Below, one piece after another: positions 45,286 to 55,462 of a stretch of 64,000 nucleotides of DNA. The notes under the pieces were generated by a model. The model was not told the DNA's origin and did no database searches. It saw only the letters and a list, made by a program, of their open reading frames with translations. Location of the stretch: contig JAGTJU010000008.1 in the NCBI GenBank assembly GCA_022184915.1, forward strand, positions 6,760 through 70,759. The letters run 5' to 3'. The first letter of the stretch is position 1; each line of letters begins with the position of its first letter. The DNA is from Myxococcales bacterium. GTDB lineage: Bacteria > Myxococcota_A > Polyangia > Fen-1088. The translations under genes were made by a program, and so were the position numbers.

Positions 45286-46038
45286 ATGTGGACGCAGACG
45301 CTTGCCCAAGTCCTCTGCCGAGGTGGGTGGGCAACCGCGTTCGCGATGAGCGTGGCGGCCTGCTCGGTCGTGACCTACCAGCCTGTTTCGGGCCTTTCAC
45401 GCCCCACGGCCATCAGCGCCGAGCGGAGAAACTTCGAGGGCCGGCGGATGGTGCTGCGCTGCTTGCCCGGCGGCTACCTCGACCCGCGCGACACCCAGCG
45501 CCTCTGCGCGCGCGTGCAAGCGTTGTTTGCGGGGCAAGGCGCCGAGGTGCAGATGGCGCTCACCCGCGCCGGCACCCAGCTTGGTGGGCCGCCCGCGCAG
45601 GCGGGGGCGGTCGACCTCGTGCTCGAGCTGCGGAGCCACTTGATTCACAAAGAAAGCAACGTCTGGCTGAGCATCCTGTCCGGCCTCTCGCTCACGCTGA
45701 TTCCCGCGATCAGCAGCTTTTCGTTCGCGCAGGACGTGGTCGTGCTCGACGCGGATGGCTTTCAACTGGCTTCGGAGACCCTCGAGGGACGCTTCGTCAC
45801 GTACTTCGGGGCGGGCGTGTGGAGCGTCAACAAAGTGCTGGACCTGCTGGTCCGCGAAGAGGACGAACACCTCACAGGCGACACGGCCAAGACTGACTTC
45901 TCGAAGGATTTTTATCGGCAGTTGAGTCAAATCGCGCTGAACGCGCACCTGCGCGCCCGGGTGATGCGTGCGTTCGACGAACCCCCGCGGCCGAACGCCC
46001 CTCCCCGGCCCCCCCTGTCATCGGCGGCACCACGATGA
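45286..46038 (+). CDS. lipoprotein, hypothetical; first gene of a 13-gene envelope operon
   Basis: Signal/lipobox AFAMSVAACS, 250 aa. ATGA overlap with the next gene. Confidence 0.5.
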   Translation: MWTQTLAQVLCRGGWATAFAMSVAACSVVTYQPVSGLSRPTAISAERRNFEGRRMVLRCLPGGYLDPRDTQRLCARVQALFAGQGAEVQMALTRAGTQLGGPPAQAGAVDLVLELRSHLIHKESNVWLSILSGLSLTLIPAISSFSFAQDVVVLDADGFQLASETLEGRFVTYFGAGVWSVNKVLDLLVREEDEHLTGDTAKTDFSKDFYRQLSQIALNAHLRARVMRAFDEPPRPNAPPRPPLSSAAPR

Positions 46039-46673
46039 CCACGTACTTTTTGTTGTTCCTGCTCGATCACTTTCTGTCGGGCCGCCACGCCGATCCCTCG
46101 CCCGGGGTGGTCCATGGCAAGGCGGATGTCAGGAACCTCGAATGCACGCGGCTCAGTCAGGCCGTGGCGCACGACCGCCGGCCTGGCGAAGTGGCAGAGC
46201 CCTCACCCCGGGTCACCTGGGACCGGGGCTCGGCGCTCGTCTGCCGGCAGCGCTACGTGCGCCTTGGCGAGCGGGACCCGCGCGACGAAGCGGTGCTGTC
46301 TTCGCTCGGGCGCCACGTGGGTGACATCACCCGCGAAGCCAGCGCCGCCGTGGCGGGTGACGTCGTTTGGCACGTCGACGCCTTTTACCCGGACCTGTTG
46401 GTCTCGGCGAAGATAGCGGTGGCCGCAAAAACGAACCTCGTCGAGACCGGCCGTTCGGTGTCGGACCGGGTGCCCCTGCTCGCCGCGGGCGACTTGGCGG
46501 TGTTCGGCAAGCTGTCCCCCGTGCGGTCCTTGCCGATGGCGTGCGTCCGCTACTTTGCGGAGGGCTCCCTGGGTCCGCGGGACGTGCTGCTTGCGATCGC
46601 CTTGCTGGACGAGCAGGAGACGCAGCTCCACGGTGGCCTTTGCCAGCAAGGCACCTGGAGGTGGCTGAGGTGA
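46035..46673 (+). CDS. hypothetical protein
   Basis: 212 aa with a hydrophobic N-terminus (MTTYFLLFLLDHFLSG). Overlap-coupled on both sides. Confidence 0.4.
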   Translation: MTTYFLLFLLDHFLSGRHADPSPGVVHGKADVRNLECTRLSQAVAHDRRPGEVAEPSPRVTWDRGSALVCRQRYVRLGERDPRDEAVLSSLGRHVGDITREASAAVAGDVVWHVDAFYPDLLVSAKIAVAAKTNLVETGRSVSDRVPLLAAGDLAVFGKLSPVRSLPMACVRYFAEGSLGPRDVLLAIALLDEQETQLHGGLCQQGTWRWLR

Positions 46674-47866
46674 AACGCCCTCGTCTCCTCGCAGCCTGGG
46701 CGCTCGCCTTCGTGGCATCCACCGCGCACGCCAACGACGCGGAGCTCTCGCCGGCGCAGCGGACGGAGATGGAGGCGTTGCGCGGAGAGATTGCCGCCGG
46801 AATCCAGCTGCAAGCCTACGACCTGCTCGACGAACTGGTCCACGGCTGGCTCCAGCGCCCCGTGTTCGACCAGCAGACGCCCGTCGTGCTGGGAGACATT
46901 GGGGTGCCCGTGGGCTTCGGCAGCGGCATGAAGGCGCTCGTCGAGACCCATCTCGCGGGCCTTTTGGTGGACAACCCGCGCACGAACGCCGTGCTCGTGC
47001 ACTGCCCACGCTGCACGGCGGTCGTGATTCACTCGGGCGCCCAAGGCACCGTCATCTCCCGCGGTGTGGACAATCCAGCGGCCCTCGCCGAGGCGGGAGC
47101 TTCGCTGGGCAGCCACCACGCGCTCTTCGTGGACTTCGAGGCCGAGGGCACGGCGCTGGTCCTGCGCGCACGCATCACGCGGCTCGAGCCGACCCTGCCC
47201 ATCGTTTACGCGAAGACCCTCTCCACCACCACCTCCGCCCCGGCGCTCCTCCGGACGGGCGAACGCCTCAAGAGCGCCCGGGAAGCGCGCCAGGAGTTCG
47301 ACGATGCCCTGCGAGGCCGCAGCTGGTACCTGGTGCCGTTGCGCATGGGTCTGCGCGCTTATGCCGCGGCAGAGGACGTGCCCGTGGTGGCACAACCCTT
47401 CGGTTGGATCCAGATGGGGGTGGAGGGCGCGCTCAGCCAGGCCCGTTTGTGGACGGCGGGCTTTGCGCTTGGCTTTTCGTGGGCGCCGGAGTCCCACTGG
47501 GGGTGGTTGGCGCAGGCGCGGATCTCACGGCTTTTGAGCGGCGCCGCCACGTCGCTCACGCGCCCTGACCTTTACGCGTTCGTGGGCGCTTCGATCATCT
47601 CCGTTCACGGCGATGGCTCCTCGATCTTTCGCAACCGCGTTCCCTCGCTGGAAACCCTGCTGGGACAAGTCAACCGGGTCGAACCCAAGGAAACGTTCGC
47701 TGCGTTCCCGCTGGGGCTCGAGCTGCGGGTCAAAAACCGCATCGGCGTGGGCGTGTATCTCGAGTCGGCGCCCGCGTTGAGTGACGCCGACGCGATCGGA
47801 ACGTATCTGGATCTCGGCATCGTGGCGTTTCAGTCGTACGGCGTGGAGGTGTCCTTTTGCTTCTGA
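46670..47866 (+). CDS. secreted protein, outer-membrane beta-barrel-like (C-terminal …VEVSFCF)
   Basis: GTG start overlapping the previous stop. Signal VKRPRLLAAWALAFVASTAHA. The C-terminal aromatic residue is typical of OM beta-barrels. Confidence 0.5.
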   Translation: MKRPRLLAAWALAFVASTAHANDAELSPAQRTEMEALRGEIAAGIQLQAYDLLDELVHGWLQRPVFDQQTPVVLGDIGVPVGFGSGMKALVETHLAGLLVDNPRTNAVLVHCPRCTAVVIHSGAQGTVISRGVDNPAALAEAGASLGSHHALFVDFEAEGTALVLRARITRLEPTLPIVYAKTLSTTTSAPALLRTGERLKSAREARQEFDDALRGRSWYLVPLRMGLRAYAAAEDVPVVAQPFGWIQMGVEGALSQARLWTAGFALGFSWAPESHWGWLAQARISRLLSGAATSLTRPDLYAFVGASIISVHGDGSSIFRNRVPSLETLLGQVNRVEPKETFAAFPLGLELRVKNRIGVGVYLESAPALSDADAIGTYLDLGIVAFQSYGVEVSFCF

Positions 47867-48846
47867 GGCGGGGCCGAGCCCCGGGCCGCGTGGCGTACGT
47901 GCTCACGCTGCTGGCGGCGCTGTGTCCGAAGGCCGCGTCCGCCGCCACCGAGACCACGCGCGAGGCGTTGGCGCGCATGGAAGAGACACTGGTCATGAAG
48001 TTCACGGATGAGGGGCTCGCCCCACAGGAGCTGACGCCCGCCATCGTCGTGAGCGTGACCCCCGCGTGGGAGGCCAGCGCCACCTGGTATCCCAACGCGG
48101 CGCTTTCGTCGCTGGCGCGTGTGTTCGGCAGCGCGGCGTTGCGCGCCTGCGAGGCTTGCATGTCCCCGCGCACCTACGTGGAGCCGGGCCGGGTGGAGCA
48201 AGTGTCCACCGCGCCCAGCCTGGACGAGATCGTGCGCCTCGATGAAGGCAGCCGCGGGCAGGCGGCCCCGGCCCGCACGGCGATTTGGCTCGATGAAACG
48301 CCCGAGGGTGTGTCCCTGCGGATCGTGAACCTCGCAAACGGGCGCATCATCCTGGCCGCGAACATCGACCCCCTGCTGACGCGCACCGCCCGCACGCGGC
48401 GCTCGTTCACGCTGGCCCAGGAGCTCGACCGCCGATCGCGCGGCGACAGCATCACCCACACCTTTGTCGACCTCGCCGTTTACCCCGGCCAACACCTGTC
48501 GCTCGATTGGGCGGAGCAGTGGGGCACCACCAACAGCAACCTGTCCGGGTTTTCTCTCTCTTTTTTCGATCCGGTTTTGGGACTGGGTGGCGCTTACTAC
48601 CGCGCCCTGCCGGATGCGATGAACATCTCCGTGGGCGCCAAAGTTCTCATGGCCTTTCCCACCGCCCTGGTGCGCGCCTTCGGGGGCGAAGACGACGTCG
48701 TCGATCCCCTGTTGACGGGCGTGTTCCTCGCCCGCGTGCCCTTCGGACGTTCCAACTACGGCGTCATTTTGTCGGCCTCCACCAACGGACGCATCGGCAT
48801 CGGAATCTCACTCATGAACACCTCGCTGCTCCCCTTCGTGCCATGA
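47857..48846 (+). CDS. secreted/periplasmic protein, hypothetical
   Basis: TTG start overlapping the upstream stop. Signal …VAYVLTLLAALCPKAASAAT. 329 aa. Confidence 0.45.
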   Translation: MLLRRGRAPGRVAYVLTLLAALCPKAASAATETTREALARMEETLVMKFTDEGLAPQELTPAIVVSVTPAWEASATWYPNAALSSLARVFGSAALRACEACMSPRTYVEPGRVEQVSTAPSLDEIVRLDEGSRGQAAPARTAIWLDETPEGVSLRIVNLANGRIILAANIDPLLTRTARTRRSFTLAQELDRRSRGDSITHTFVDLAVYPGQHLSLDWAEQWGTTNSNLSGFSLSFFDPVLGLGGAYYRALPDAMNISVGAKVLMAFPTALVRAFGGEDDVVDPLLTGVFLARVPFGRSNYGVILSASTNGRIGIGISLMNTSLLPFVP

Positions 48847-49478
48847 CCAACGCGCGTATCGCCTTGCTCGTTGTCTTTGTCCTGTGCGGCTGCGCGGGGC
48901 GCAACTACACCTACTATCTGCTCGATCCCCCGCCCGCCACGCATCCGGCGCTGACCGAGGGCGGCGTGCTGACGCGTCCCCTGGGATTCGGAAGCACCAC
49001 CGTGATGAAGGTGCGGTGGAATGACGGCAACGTCATCACGGAGGTGGACGTTCCGGTGCTCGCCACCGGCCAGCGCATCGTGATCGAACACGGCGCCGGC
49101 AGCCCGGACGTCAAGACCATCCCCGCGACCCGCGTGGTCCCGCCGCCGCCCACGCGTGCGGACGAAGCGCTCGTGGAGGCGTACCGCGCCCGCGGCCTGC
49201 GGGTGGACGAGGACGCGCCCGAGGTCAGCATCGTGCGCGCCCGCGCCTTGATGCAGGATGCGATCAAGGGCGGCAACTATCACGTGGCGCTCGAGTGGTG
49301 CGAAACGGTGCTCGCACGGTATAAATTGCACCCCGAGTTTCTCCGCGCCAAGGCCTCCTTGCTGCTGATGATGGGCGAACGTGACAAGGCCATCGAGATT
49401 TACGAGCAGGTCGAAGCGATCGAAAGCGACCCGGCGGTCCGCAGGAAGCTGGAAGAGCTTCAACGTCAACAAAGATAG
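48843..49478 (+). CDS. lipoprotein with helical (TPR-like) C-terminus
   Basis: Lipobox LCGCAG. ATGA overlap with the upstream gene. The C-terminal …ALEWCETVLARYKLHPEFLRAKASLLLMMGERDKAIEIYEQVEAIE is TPR-like. Confidence 0.5.
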   Translation: MTNARIALLVVFVLCGCAGRNYTYYLLDPPPATHPALTEGGVLTRPLGFGSTTVMKVRWNDGNVITEVDVPVLATGQRIVIEHGAGSPDVKTIPATRVVPPPPTRADEALVEAYRARGLRVDEDAPEVSIVRARALMQDAIKGGNYHVALEWCETVLARYKLHPEFLRAKASLLLMMGERDKAIEIYEQVEAIESDPAVRRKLEELQRQQR

Positions 49479-49486
49479 GAAGAGAC

Positions 49487-50221
49487 ATGCAGCTTCTTGG
49501 ATTGGCCCTTTTGGGTTTCATCGTTTGGTTCGGGTTTCGGGATCGCAGCAGCGACCAGGCGATCTCGGCCTTCGACGCACACGCGCTGGTCATGGTCCTC
49601 GTGGGCTCGGGCGCCGCGGTGCTCGTCAGCTCGCGGGGGCGCGATGCGCTGAGCACGCTCACGTCGCTGCGCGAATTGGTGCCCGGGCTCCGCGGCTACG
49701 GCGCCGCGAGCGCCGCCATGGAAGCGGAACGCAGCGAAGCGAGCGCTGCGTGGGAGGGAGCGCGGCGGCGCGAGGCGCTGGCCCTGGCCGAGCGCACCCG
49801 CTTTGCACCGGTCAAGCGGATGATCGAGCTGCTCATCGGCCGGGCCTCGGAAGGCGAGGCCACCAAGACCTTCATGGAGCTGCGGCACGCCGAGATCGCG
49901 CGGCTGCAACCGGCCATCAACAACTGGGAGATGTTGTCGAAGCTCGGCCCCGCCTTCGGCATGGTGGGCACCATCACGGGCATGATCCGTCTGTTTCAGA
50001 ACATGAGCGCCGAGAACCTGAACATCGGCGCCGCGATGTCCCTGGCGCTTCTGGCCACGCTGTACGGAGTGGCCTTCGGCGCCGGCGTGGCGGGGCCCAT
50101 CGCGCAGCACCTGAACCGGCTGCTCGACGAGCGGCTGGGGGTTCTCGAGCGTTGTGAAAAAAGCGCCATCGACTCGGGTTCTCGGGCCACCGTGGCGGCG
50201 CTCGAAGCGAGGGTAGGCTGA
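49487..50221 (+). CDS. MotA/PomA-like four-TM proton-channel stator subunit (MotA/TolQ/ExbB superfamily)
   Basis: TM1/TM2 close together at the N-terminus, a ~100-aa cytoplasmic loop, then FGMVGTITGMIRLF and AMSLALLATLYGVAFGAGVAGPIAQ as the TM3/TM4 signature. Confidence 0.7.
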   Translation: MQLLGLALLGFIVWFGFRDRSSDQAISAFDAHALVMVLVGSGAAVLVSSRGRDALSTLTSLRELVPGLRGYGAASAAMEAERSEASAAWEGARRREALALAERTRFAPVKRMIELLIGRASEGEATKTFMELRHAEIARLQPAINNWEMLSKLGPAFGMVGTITGMIRLFQNMSAENLNIGAAMSLALLATLYGVAFGAGVAGPIAQHLNRLLDERLGVLERCEKSAIDSGSRATVAALEARVG

Positions 50222-50224
50222 GCC

Positions 50225-50848
50225 ATGCAGCGGCGCCCCCTGCAGCACGAAGAGAGCTGGCTGCTCAGCTACGCCGACCTCATCACCAACTTGCTGCTGT
50301 TCTTCGTGGTGCTGCTGACGGCGGCGAACCTGAGCCGCGGCAAAATGCAGCAGATCGCCAAGAGCATCTCGGGCAGCGAAAGCCCGGCCAGCCTGGCCTC
50401 GATTCAAAAAGAGATAGAGGCGCAGATCGCAAGCAAGCAGCTCGAAAACATGGTTCGCACCAGCATGTCCGAGGCGGGGCTCGAGATCTCGATGAACTCA
50501 GGGCTGGTGTTCGATTCGGGCAAAGCCGTGATCCGGCCTGACCTGGAGAACACGCTGATGGCCATGTTGCAAGTGCTCGAACCCTATGCCCGAAAGTACG
50601 GCTTCGCCGTCGAGGGCCACACCGACGCCACCCCCATCACCGGCGGCGCGTTCGCCAGCAACTGGGAGCTGTCGAGCGCGCGCGCGATCGTGGTGCGGCA
50701 TCGGCTGGAAGCCGTGGGCATTCCCCGCGACCGCATCCGCGTCGAAGGCTATGCGGACACCAAGCCGCTTGCCGCAGACGAGCTTGCCGGTCTCAGTGTC
50801 GAAGAAACCCTGGCGCGCCACCGGCGCGTGGTCGTGAGGATATTCTGA
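50225..50848 (+). CDS. MotB-like stator subunit with OmpA-type peptidoglycan-binding domain
   Basis: N-terminal SWLLSYADLITNLLLFFVVLL has the MotB plug/TM with the conserved Asp. The C-terminal GHTDATPITGGAFASNWELSSARAIVVRHRL is the OmpA-family PG-binding motif. Confidence 0.75.
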   Translation: MQRRPLQHEESWLLSYADLITNLLLFFVVLLTAANLSRGKMQQIAKSISGSESPASLASIQKEIEAQIASKQLENMVRTSMSEAGLEISMNSGLVFDSGKAVIRPDLENTLMAMLQVLEPYARKYGFAVEGHTDATPITGGAFASNWELSSARAIVVRHRLEAVGIPRDRIRVEGYADTKPLAADELAGLSVEETLARHRRVVVRIF

Positions 50849-52644
50849 TGCGCATCTGGCTTGCCTTCGTAACCCTCCTGTGTGCGGCGCCTGCGGCGGC
50901 ACAAACACTCGTGCCCCAAAAGCACGTTCCCGCTGCGGTCCTGGAGCAACTGCGGGCTGTGGAGGCGCAGTTCGAGGCGGCCTTGGCGCGCGACTGTGCG
51001 CCCGAGCGCTGCCTGCCCAAGGGCTGCATCTACCGAGACCATACGGTGGTGGATCTGCCGCGGGCCCGGTCGTTGCCGGGTTTCGACGAAGAGGAAGGTC
51101 CCGGCAGCGTGCCGCTGCAGGAGTACCTCACCAGCGCACAGTGCGAGTTCGTGCACGAAAAGAACGTGAATGCACGTGACCTTCAGGCGCTGGCGCGGCG
51201 GCTCGAACAGAAGCTCTCGCGGGGCTGGCTGAAGGTCAGCATCGCCCGCCAGGCCTTAGAGCCCCTCTCGAGCGCGCTGGCCCAGCCGCCCGCGGACGAC
51301 GAGGGCGCGGCGCAGACACCCGAGACACAGAGCACGCCTTCCCCCACGGCGGCGACGCCCCCGCGGGAACAGGAAGCGCCTGCGCGCGAGTTGTGGCTCA
51401 CCTTGCTCCCACACTTTGCGTGGATGATCGCGCTCGTTCTGGTGACGGCGTCGGCCATGACGCTGATCTGGTCGCTGCGGCGGCTCGGTCGCGAGAGTCT
51501 CGAGGAGCGCGCCCTCCTGGCCGAACTCGGCGCCCAAGCGTCGCACGACAGCAAAAACTCGACGGAGGCCGACACGGAGGCAGAGGACAAAACGCCTCTG
51601 CGAGACGACCCCGCCTTCGTGGCCGCTGCCCACGGCTTGTGGAGCGACCGCATCGCCCAGATCCAGCTGGGCAAGGACAACGGCGTCATCGTCGAGCTGC
51701 TCCGACAGTGGCTCAAGCAAGGAAACTTTGCCTTGCTGGCCAAGGCCATCGTGGTGTTCGGCGATCGCCTGTCGCTGGCGTTCCCGGCCGATGGCGACCT
51801 GGCGGTGCGCAAGGTCGAGTTCGCGGACTACCTGCGCCAGCTGGATGAGACCACCTTGCCCTCGGACGCGGAGTTTTTCCGTAAGCTCGGCCATCACGCG
51901 GTGTCATCGACCTTGCTGTCACAGACCGATGCCGCCGTTTACCATAGCCTGCGCGACGAGTTCGGGATGGCCGGCGTGGCGGCGCTCATGGCACGCCTGC
52001 CACCTCGCTTCGCAGCGCTGCTCTTTGCGCTTTCACCCACCGAGTTCCATCAAGACCTGGCGCGCGCCTTGGCGCCCGCCGCGCGCGCGCTGGTGGCGGG
52101 GCAGCTGCTCCTTTCGAACCGCATGGCGCCCGAGGAGCAGACGTATCTGTTTGCCGCGTTGGCGGCGGCGCGCGCCGGCGGCACCTTGCCCGCGGCCCCC
52201 CCCGAAGGCGTGCTGGATCGTGGCCGTGAGATCGACGCGGCAGGGCCGATGGCGCTGCTGCTGCAGGAGCTCACGCCCGACGAGCGCCGGCGCTTGTTTG
52301 CCGAGGCGGTCGCGCGCTGGCGCGGCGGCCTGCCCCCGTGGTGCCAAACCATCGTGGCGCCCGCCCTGTTGCTAAACCTGCCCGCCCACACGCAGGCTGA
52401 GCTGCTGCTGGAGGTGGACGTGCGGGAGCTGGCGGCGTGGCTGTGGACGTTTCCCGCAGCGGCACGGCAACCGCTGGTCGACACACTGCCGACGGCGCTG
52501 CAGAACGCCCTGCGCGCCCACACCGATTTTGGATCGCGCGCCGAACAGGTCGCGCTGGCGGCGCGGGGGCGAAGCGCACTGGCCGCGGCTGTGCAGCGCG
52601 CGGCCGCAGCCGGCAAGCTCAGCTTCGAGACGCTCTGGGCTTGA
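50848..52644 (+). CDS. signal-peptide + single-TM membrane protein with ~370-aa cytoplasmic FliG-like (armadillo-repeat) domain (hypothesis)
   Basis: Signal MRIWLAFVTLLCAAPAAAQ, TM WLTLLPHFAWMIALVLVTASAMTLIW. The C-terminal helical repeats, especially VDVRELAAWLWTFPAAARQPLVDTLPTALQNALRAHTDFGSRAEQVALAARGRSALAAAVQRAAAAGKL, parallel the FliG C-terminal/MgtE-N pattern. Confidence 0.45.
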   Translation: MRIWLAFVTLLCAAPAAAQTLVPQKHVPAAVLEQLRAVEAQFEAALARDCAPERCLPKGCIYRDHTVVDLPRARSLPGFDEEEGPGSVPLQEYLTSAQCEFVHEKNVNARDLQALARRLEQKLSRGWLKVSIARQALEPLSSALAQPPADDEGAAQTPETQSTPSPTAATPPREQEAPARELWLTLLPHFAWMIALVLVTASAMTLIWSLRRLGRESLEERALLAELGAQASHDSKNSTEADTEAEDKTPLRDDPAFVAAAHGLWSDRIAQIQLGKDNGVIVELLRQWLKQGNFALLAKAIVVFGDRLSLAFPADGDLAVRKVEFADYLRQLDETTLPSDAEFFRKLGHHAVSSTLLSQTDAAVYHSLRDEFGMAGVAALMARLPPRFAALLFALSPTEFHQDLARALAPAARALVAGQLLLSNRMAPEEQTYLFAALAAARAGGTLPAAPPEGVLDRGREIDAAGPMALLLQELTPDERRRLFAEAVARWRGGLPPWCQTIVAPALLLNLPAHTQAELLLEVDVRELAAWLWTFPAAARQPLVDTLPTALQNALRAHTDFGSRAEQVALAARGRSALAAAVQRAAAAGKLSFETLWA

Positions 52645-52650
52645 GACCCC

Positions 52651-54654
52651 ATGCCGCGCCTCGCGCTTTTTGGCTTGTGCCTGTGGGCAGCGACCACCGC
52701 GTGCAGCAAGGTGCCGCTCACCAACGTCGACGCCGGCTTCGAGCTGGCCGACGCCGTGTGGTTCGAGGACGAGCACACGCTCTTCGTATTTTACAAGTTG
52801 CAGGCAGCGCAGGGCCTGGGGGCCGAGAGCCAGGTCGAGCTGGGATTTCGCACCGATGAGCTCACGCAGGCCTTCGCCTCCGTCAGCAGTTTCCCCACCG
52901 TGCATCAACACGTGGCCGTGGATTGTGGGCAGAACGCGCGCTGCGGAAGCACCAGCCTCAGGCTGGCAGAGCGACCCCGGCAGGTGACGCTGCGGCTCCG
53001 CTATCATCGAGAGGGCAATGTGTTTTTGGCAACGGACACGCTGCTCACCATCGTGGGCGCAGGCCAGCGCTACAACCACCGCAGCCTCATCGTCTACGGC
53101 GTGTTCGATGAAACCAACACGCGCGTGTTCTGGCGGGCGCGCCACCAGTTCCCGAATTTGCGCAACCAAGAGGTCGAGGCGCTGGGACTCAGGCGCCGGG
53201 TCAGCATTGCCGGCCGTCGTTTCGGTGACCCAGGGGCCCTCCCCGACGACAATCCCTACGGCTACGGAGCCTTCGACACCTGTCCCCCGTCGCTGCAGGC
53301 GCTCGACGCCAACGAACTCGAGACGCGCGCCCGGTCGGCGCTCGACCGAGAGCCGCTGCCTGCCGAGGCCGCTGCGGCCCCGCTCGTGTGCGCCACCGCG
53401 ACCGTGGACGATGCAAAAGGCCGCTTTGCCGCCACGGCGCTCGCACGGAAGAACCCTCAGACCCGGCCGGCGTTCCCCGCGTTGCGTAGCCCCATTCGCC
53501 CGAACCGGGCGCTGGGCTACGTGCTTCGGCCCTGCACCCGTGTGATCTCCGACGTGCACGCCGCCATGCAAAGTCAACGGCTGCTCTTCGTGGACGCCCC
53601 CGAGGTGTGCATCGATGACTGGATGATGCCCGGCTTCGCCGAGCAGCTCGCGGCGCGTATCCGTACGCGCATCGACGAAGAACGCACGAGGGGAGAGGAC
53701 ATGGTGCTGACCTTGGCGCTCCATCACGACGATCCCACGGGGGCCCTGGCGGACAGGGTGGAAGACGCTTTGTCGATCGCGCTGGCCCCCGAGCGGGAAA
53801 AGACGACGCCCCGGCTGACGGGCGCGTTCGTGTTCGACAGCTTCGGGCATGGCATCACGCGAGAGCCCGTGCGACAGATGGTGCTGTGGTGCCCCGCCCG
53901 GGCCGGCAGCGTCCTGGATGAGCTCCCCGAAGGGGCCCCCCGGGCGTGCCCTCTTTTGCCCGACTTGCCGCAGCTGACCTTCGGTGCGTTGCGGGCGAGC
54001 GTGCTGCCGATCCTGCCCACGCGCGCGCAGTACCTGCGGTTTCTCGAGACCTACGGCGAAGCGCAAGCGGGGCGCATGCGTGCGCTCACCTTCTTGGCGC
54101 CCGAACGCACCCCGCTGTCCCGGAACGTGCAGGTGGGCGACTTCGGGGTGGCCACGTTCTTCAACGACGAGGCGATCTCGGCCTTGCCGGGTGATGTGTT
54201 CTCCCACTGCCCCACCGAAGATCCACGCACGGCCGCCGTGGTGTTTTTCGACGAAGCCGAGGCCACGACGCGGCTCCTCGCGGAGCTGCCGCTCGTTCAC
54301 GAGACGGCGCCGCAACCGAGCTACGCGCTTGGCATCGCGTGGGATTTCCCTTACCTCACACGGCTCGACTACCAAGTGACCGTGGCGGGCGCCGTGAGCG
54401 CCTTTTCGTTGTCGGTCCCCTTCGGCATTTCGGGCACCAACACCTCGTACTTCGGCACCGAGCTGTGGCGCACGGGGGAATTTCCCCTGCGCGAAGCGCT
54501 TCTGCAGTGTGAGCGCTTCTGCGATCATCCCACCTTTGATTCCGCGGGGGTCTACAACGTGCTGGCAACGTTCGCTTCGACATACAAGCAAGAGTGCTAC
54601 CGGCCGCGGTATCCGTCCGTCCTGCCGGAGGAGGCGTTTCCCCTTGATCCGTAG
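52651..54654 (+). CDS. large lipoprotein, hypothetical
   Basis: Lipobox LWAATTACS. 667 aa with many Cys pairs. Confidence 0.5.
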   Translation: MPRLALFGLCLWAATTACSKVPLTNVDAGFELADAVWFEDEHTLFVFYKLQAAQGLGAESQVELGFRTDELTQAFASVSSFPTVHQHVAVDCGQNARCGSTSLRLAERPRQVTLRLRYHREGNVFLATDTLLTIVGAGQRYNHRSLIVYGVFDETNTRVFWRARHQFPNLRNQEVEALGLRRRVSIAGRRFGDPGALPDDNPYGYGAFDTCPPSLQALDANELETRARSALDREPLPAEAAAAPLVCATATVDDAKGRFAATALARKNPQTRPAFPALRSPIRPNRALGYVLRPCTRVISDVHAAMQSQRLLFVDAPEVCIDDWMMPGFAEQLAARIRTRIDEERTRGEDMVLTLALHHDDPTGALADRVEDALSIALAPEREKTTPRLTGAFVFDSFGHGITREPVRQMVLWCPARAGSVLDELPEGAPRACPLLPDLPQLTFGALRASVLPILPTRAQYLRFLETYGEAQAGRMRALTFLAPERTPLSRNVQVGDFGVATFFNDEAISALPGDVFSHCPTEDPRTAAVVFFDEAEATTRLLAELPLVHETAPQPSYALGIAWDFPYLTRLDYQVTVAGAVSAFSLSVPFGISGTNTSYFGTELWRTGEFPLREALLQCERFCDHPTFDSAGVYNVLATFASTYKQECYRPRYPSVLPEEAFPLDP

Positions 54655-55462
54655 GCCAGGATCGGTGGGTTTCGCGCTGGCGCTCGCCCTGGCGTTGCCC
54701 GCGGGAGCACGAGGGCAAACGTCTGCTGTGGTCACACCGCCCGTATCATCCCCTCTGCGTGCAGCCGATGGCGCTGCGCTCGCACCTTACCGTCTGCCGC
54801 TCGATGCGCTCATCGAGCGCACGTTGGGCAGCACCTCCCGGGCCGTGCGTTTCGATTGGCGAAGCAAAGCCATCGGCGTGGGCGCGTTCGGCAGCCAGGT
54901 GCTCGAGCTCAACAACTTCGGGAGCGCGCGCTTCGGGCTCCTGGCCCGCCGCCCCTGGGGCAGTCTGATGACGGAGCTTTCGCTTGCCCGCGTCGAGACC
55001 TGGGGCAGCACGAGCGCCACGCGCTTGTCGCTCACGCCCTACCGGCAAGCCGGACGGCCGAGCCGGTTCGAGCTGGGGCTGAACGTGGGCTATCCTTTGG
55101 CCGAGGGTGTGGCCACGGCGCGCCCTGGGTTTTTCCCGGCCACCGAGCTCGTGTTCTCGGTGAACGCGGAGCTCCGCTACCTTTACTATCCCGGCGCGCT
55201 CAGCGGCGCCACCTTCGGGCAAGTGGCCCGCGCGGCCCTGTCACCGCGGCTGTCGGCGCGCGAAATGCGCAACCTCGAGGACGACCGTTTGCCCGCCATG
55301 GACGTGGACCGCGGCCGTTACGGCCTTCTCGTGGGCTTTACCTTCGACATCTATTTCGCAAAGGGCGGATTTGTCTCCCCGCGCGTGATGATGGCTCCGT
55401 TTGGCAGCGCGGCCCTGGGGTGGTGGTGGGATCTGGCGTTCGCGGCCGGGTGGATGTTTTGA
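54640..55462 (+). CDS. secreted outer-membrane beta-barrel-like protein (C-terminal …AAGWMF)
   Basis: The TTG or GTG start overlaps the upstream gene. Signal …GFALALALALPAGARGQ. Alternating beta-strand pattern with a terminal Phe. Confidence 0.45.

Noticed and set aside
46203-47497. Minus-strand ORFs of 268, 315 and 135 aa inside the envelope operon
   Set aside because: R/P/A-rich antisense frames of well-supported plus-strand genes with overlap-coupled starts.
52050-54735. 787-aa and 242-aa minus-strand ORFs
   Set aside because: Antisense to 50848-52644 and 52651-54654. Composition is dominated by R/A/G. No signal peptide or domain pattern.
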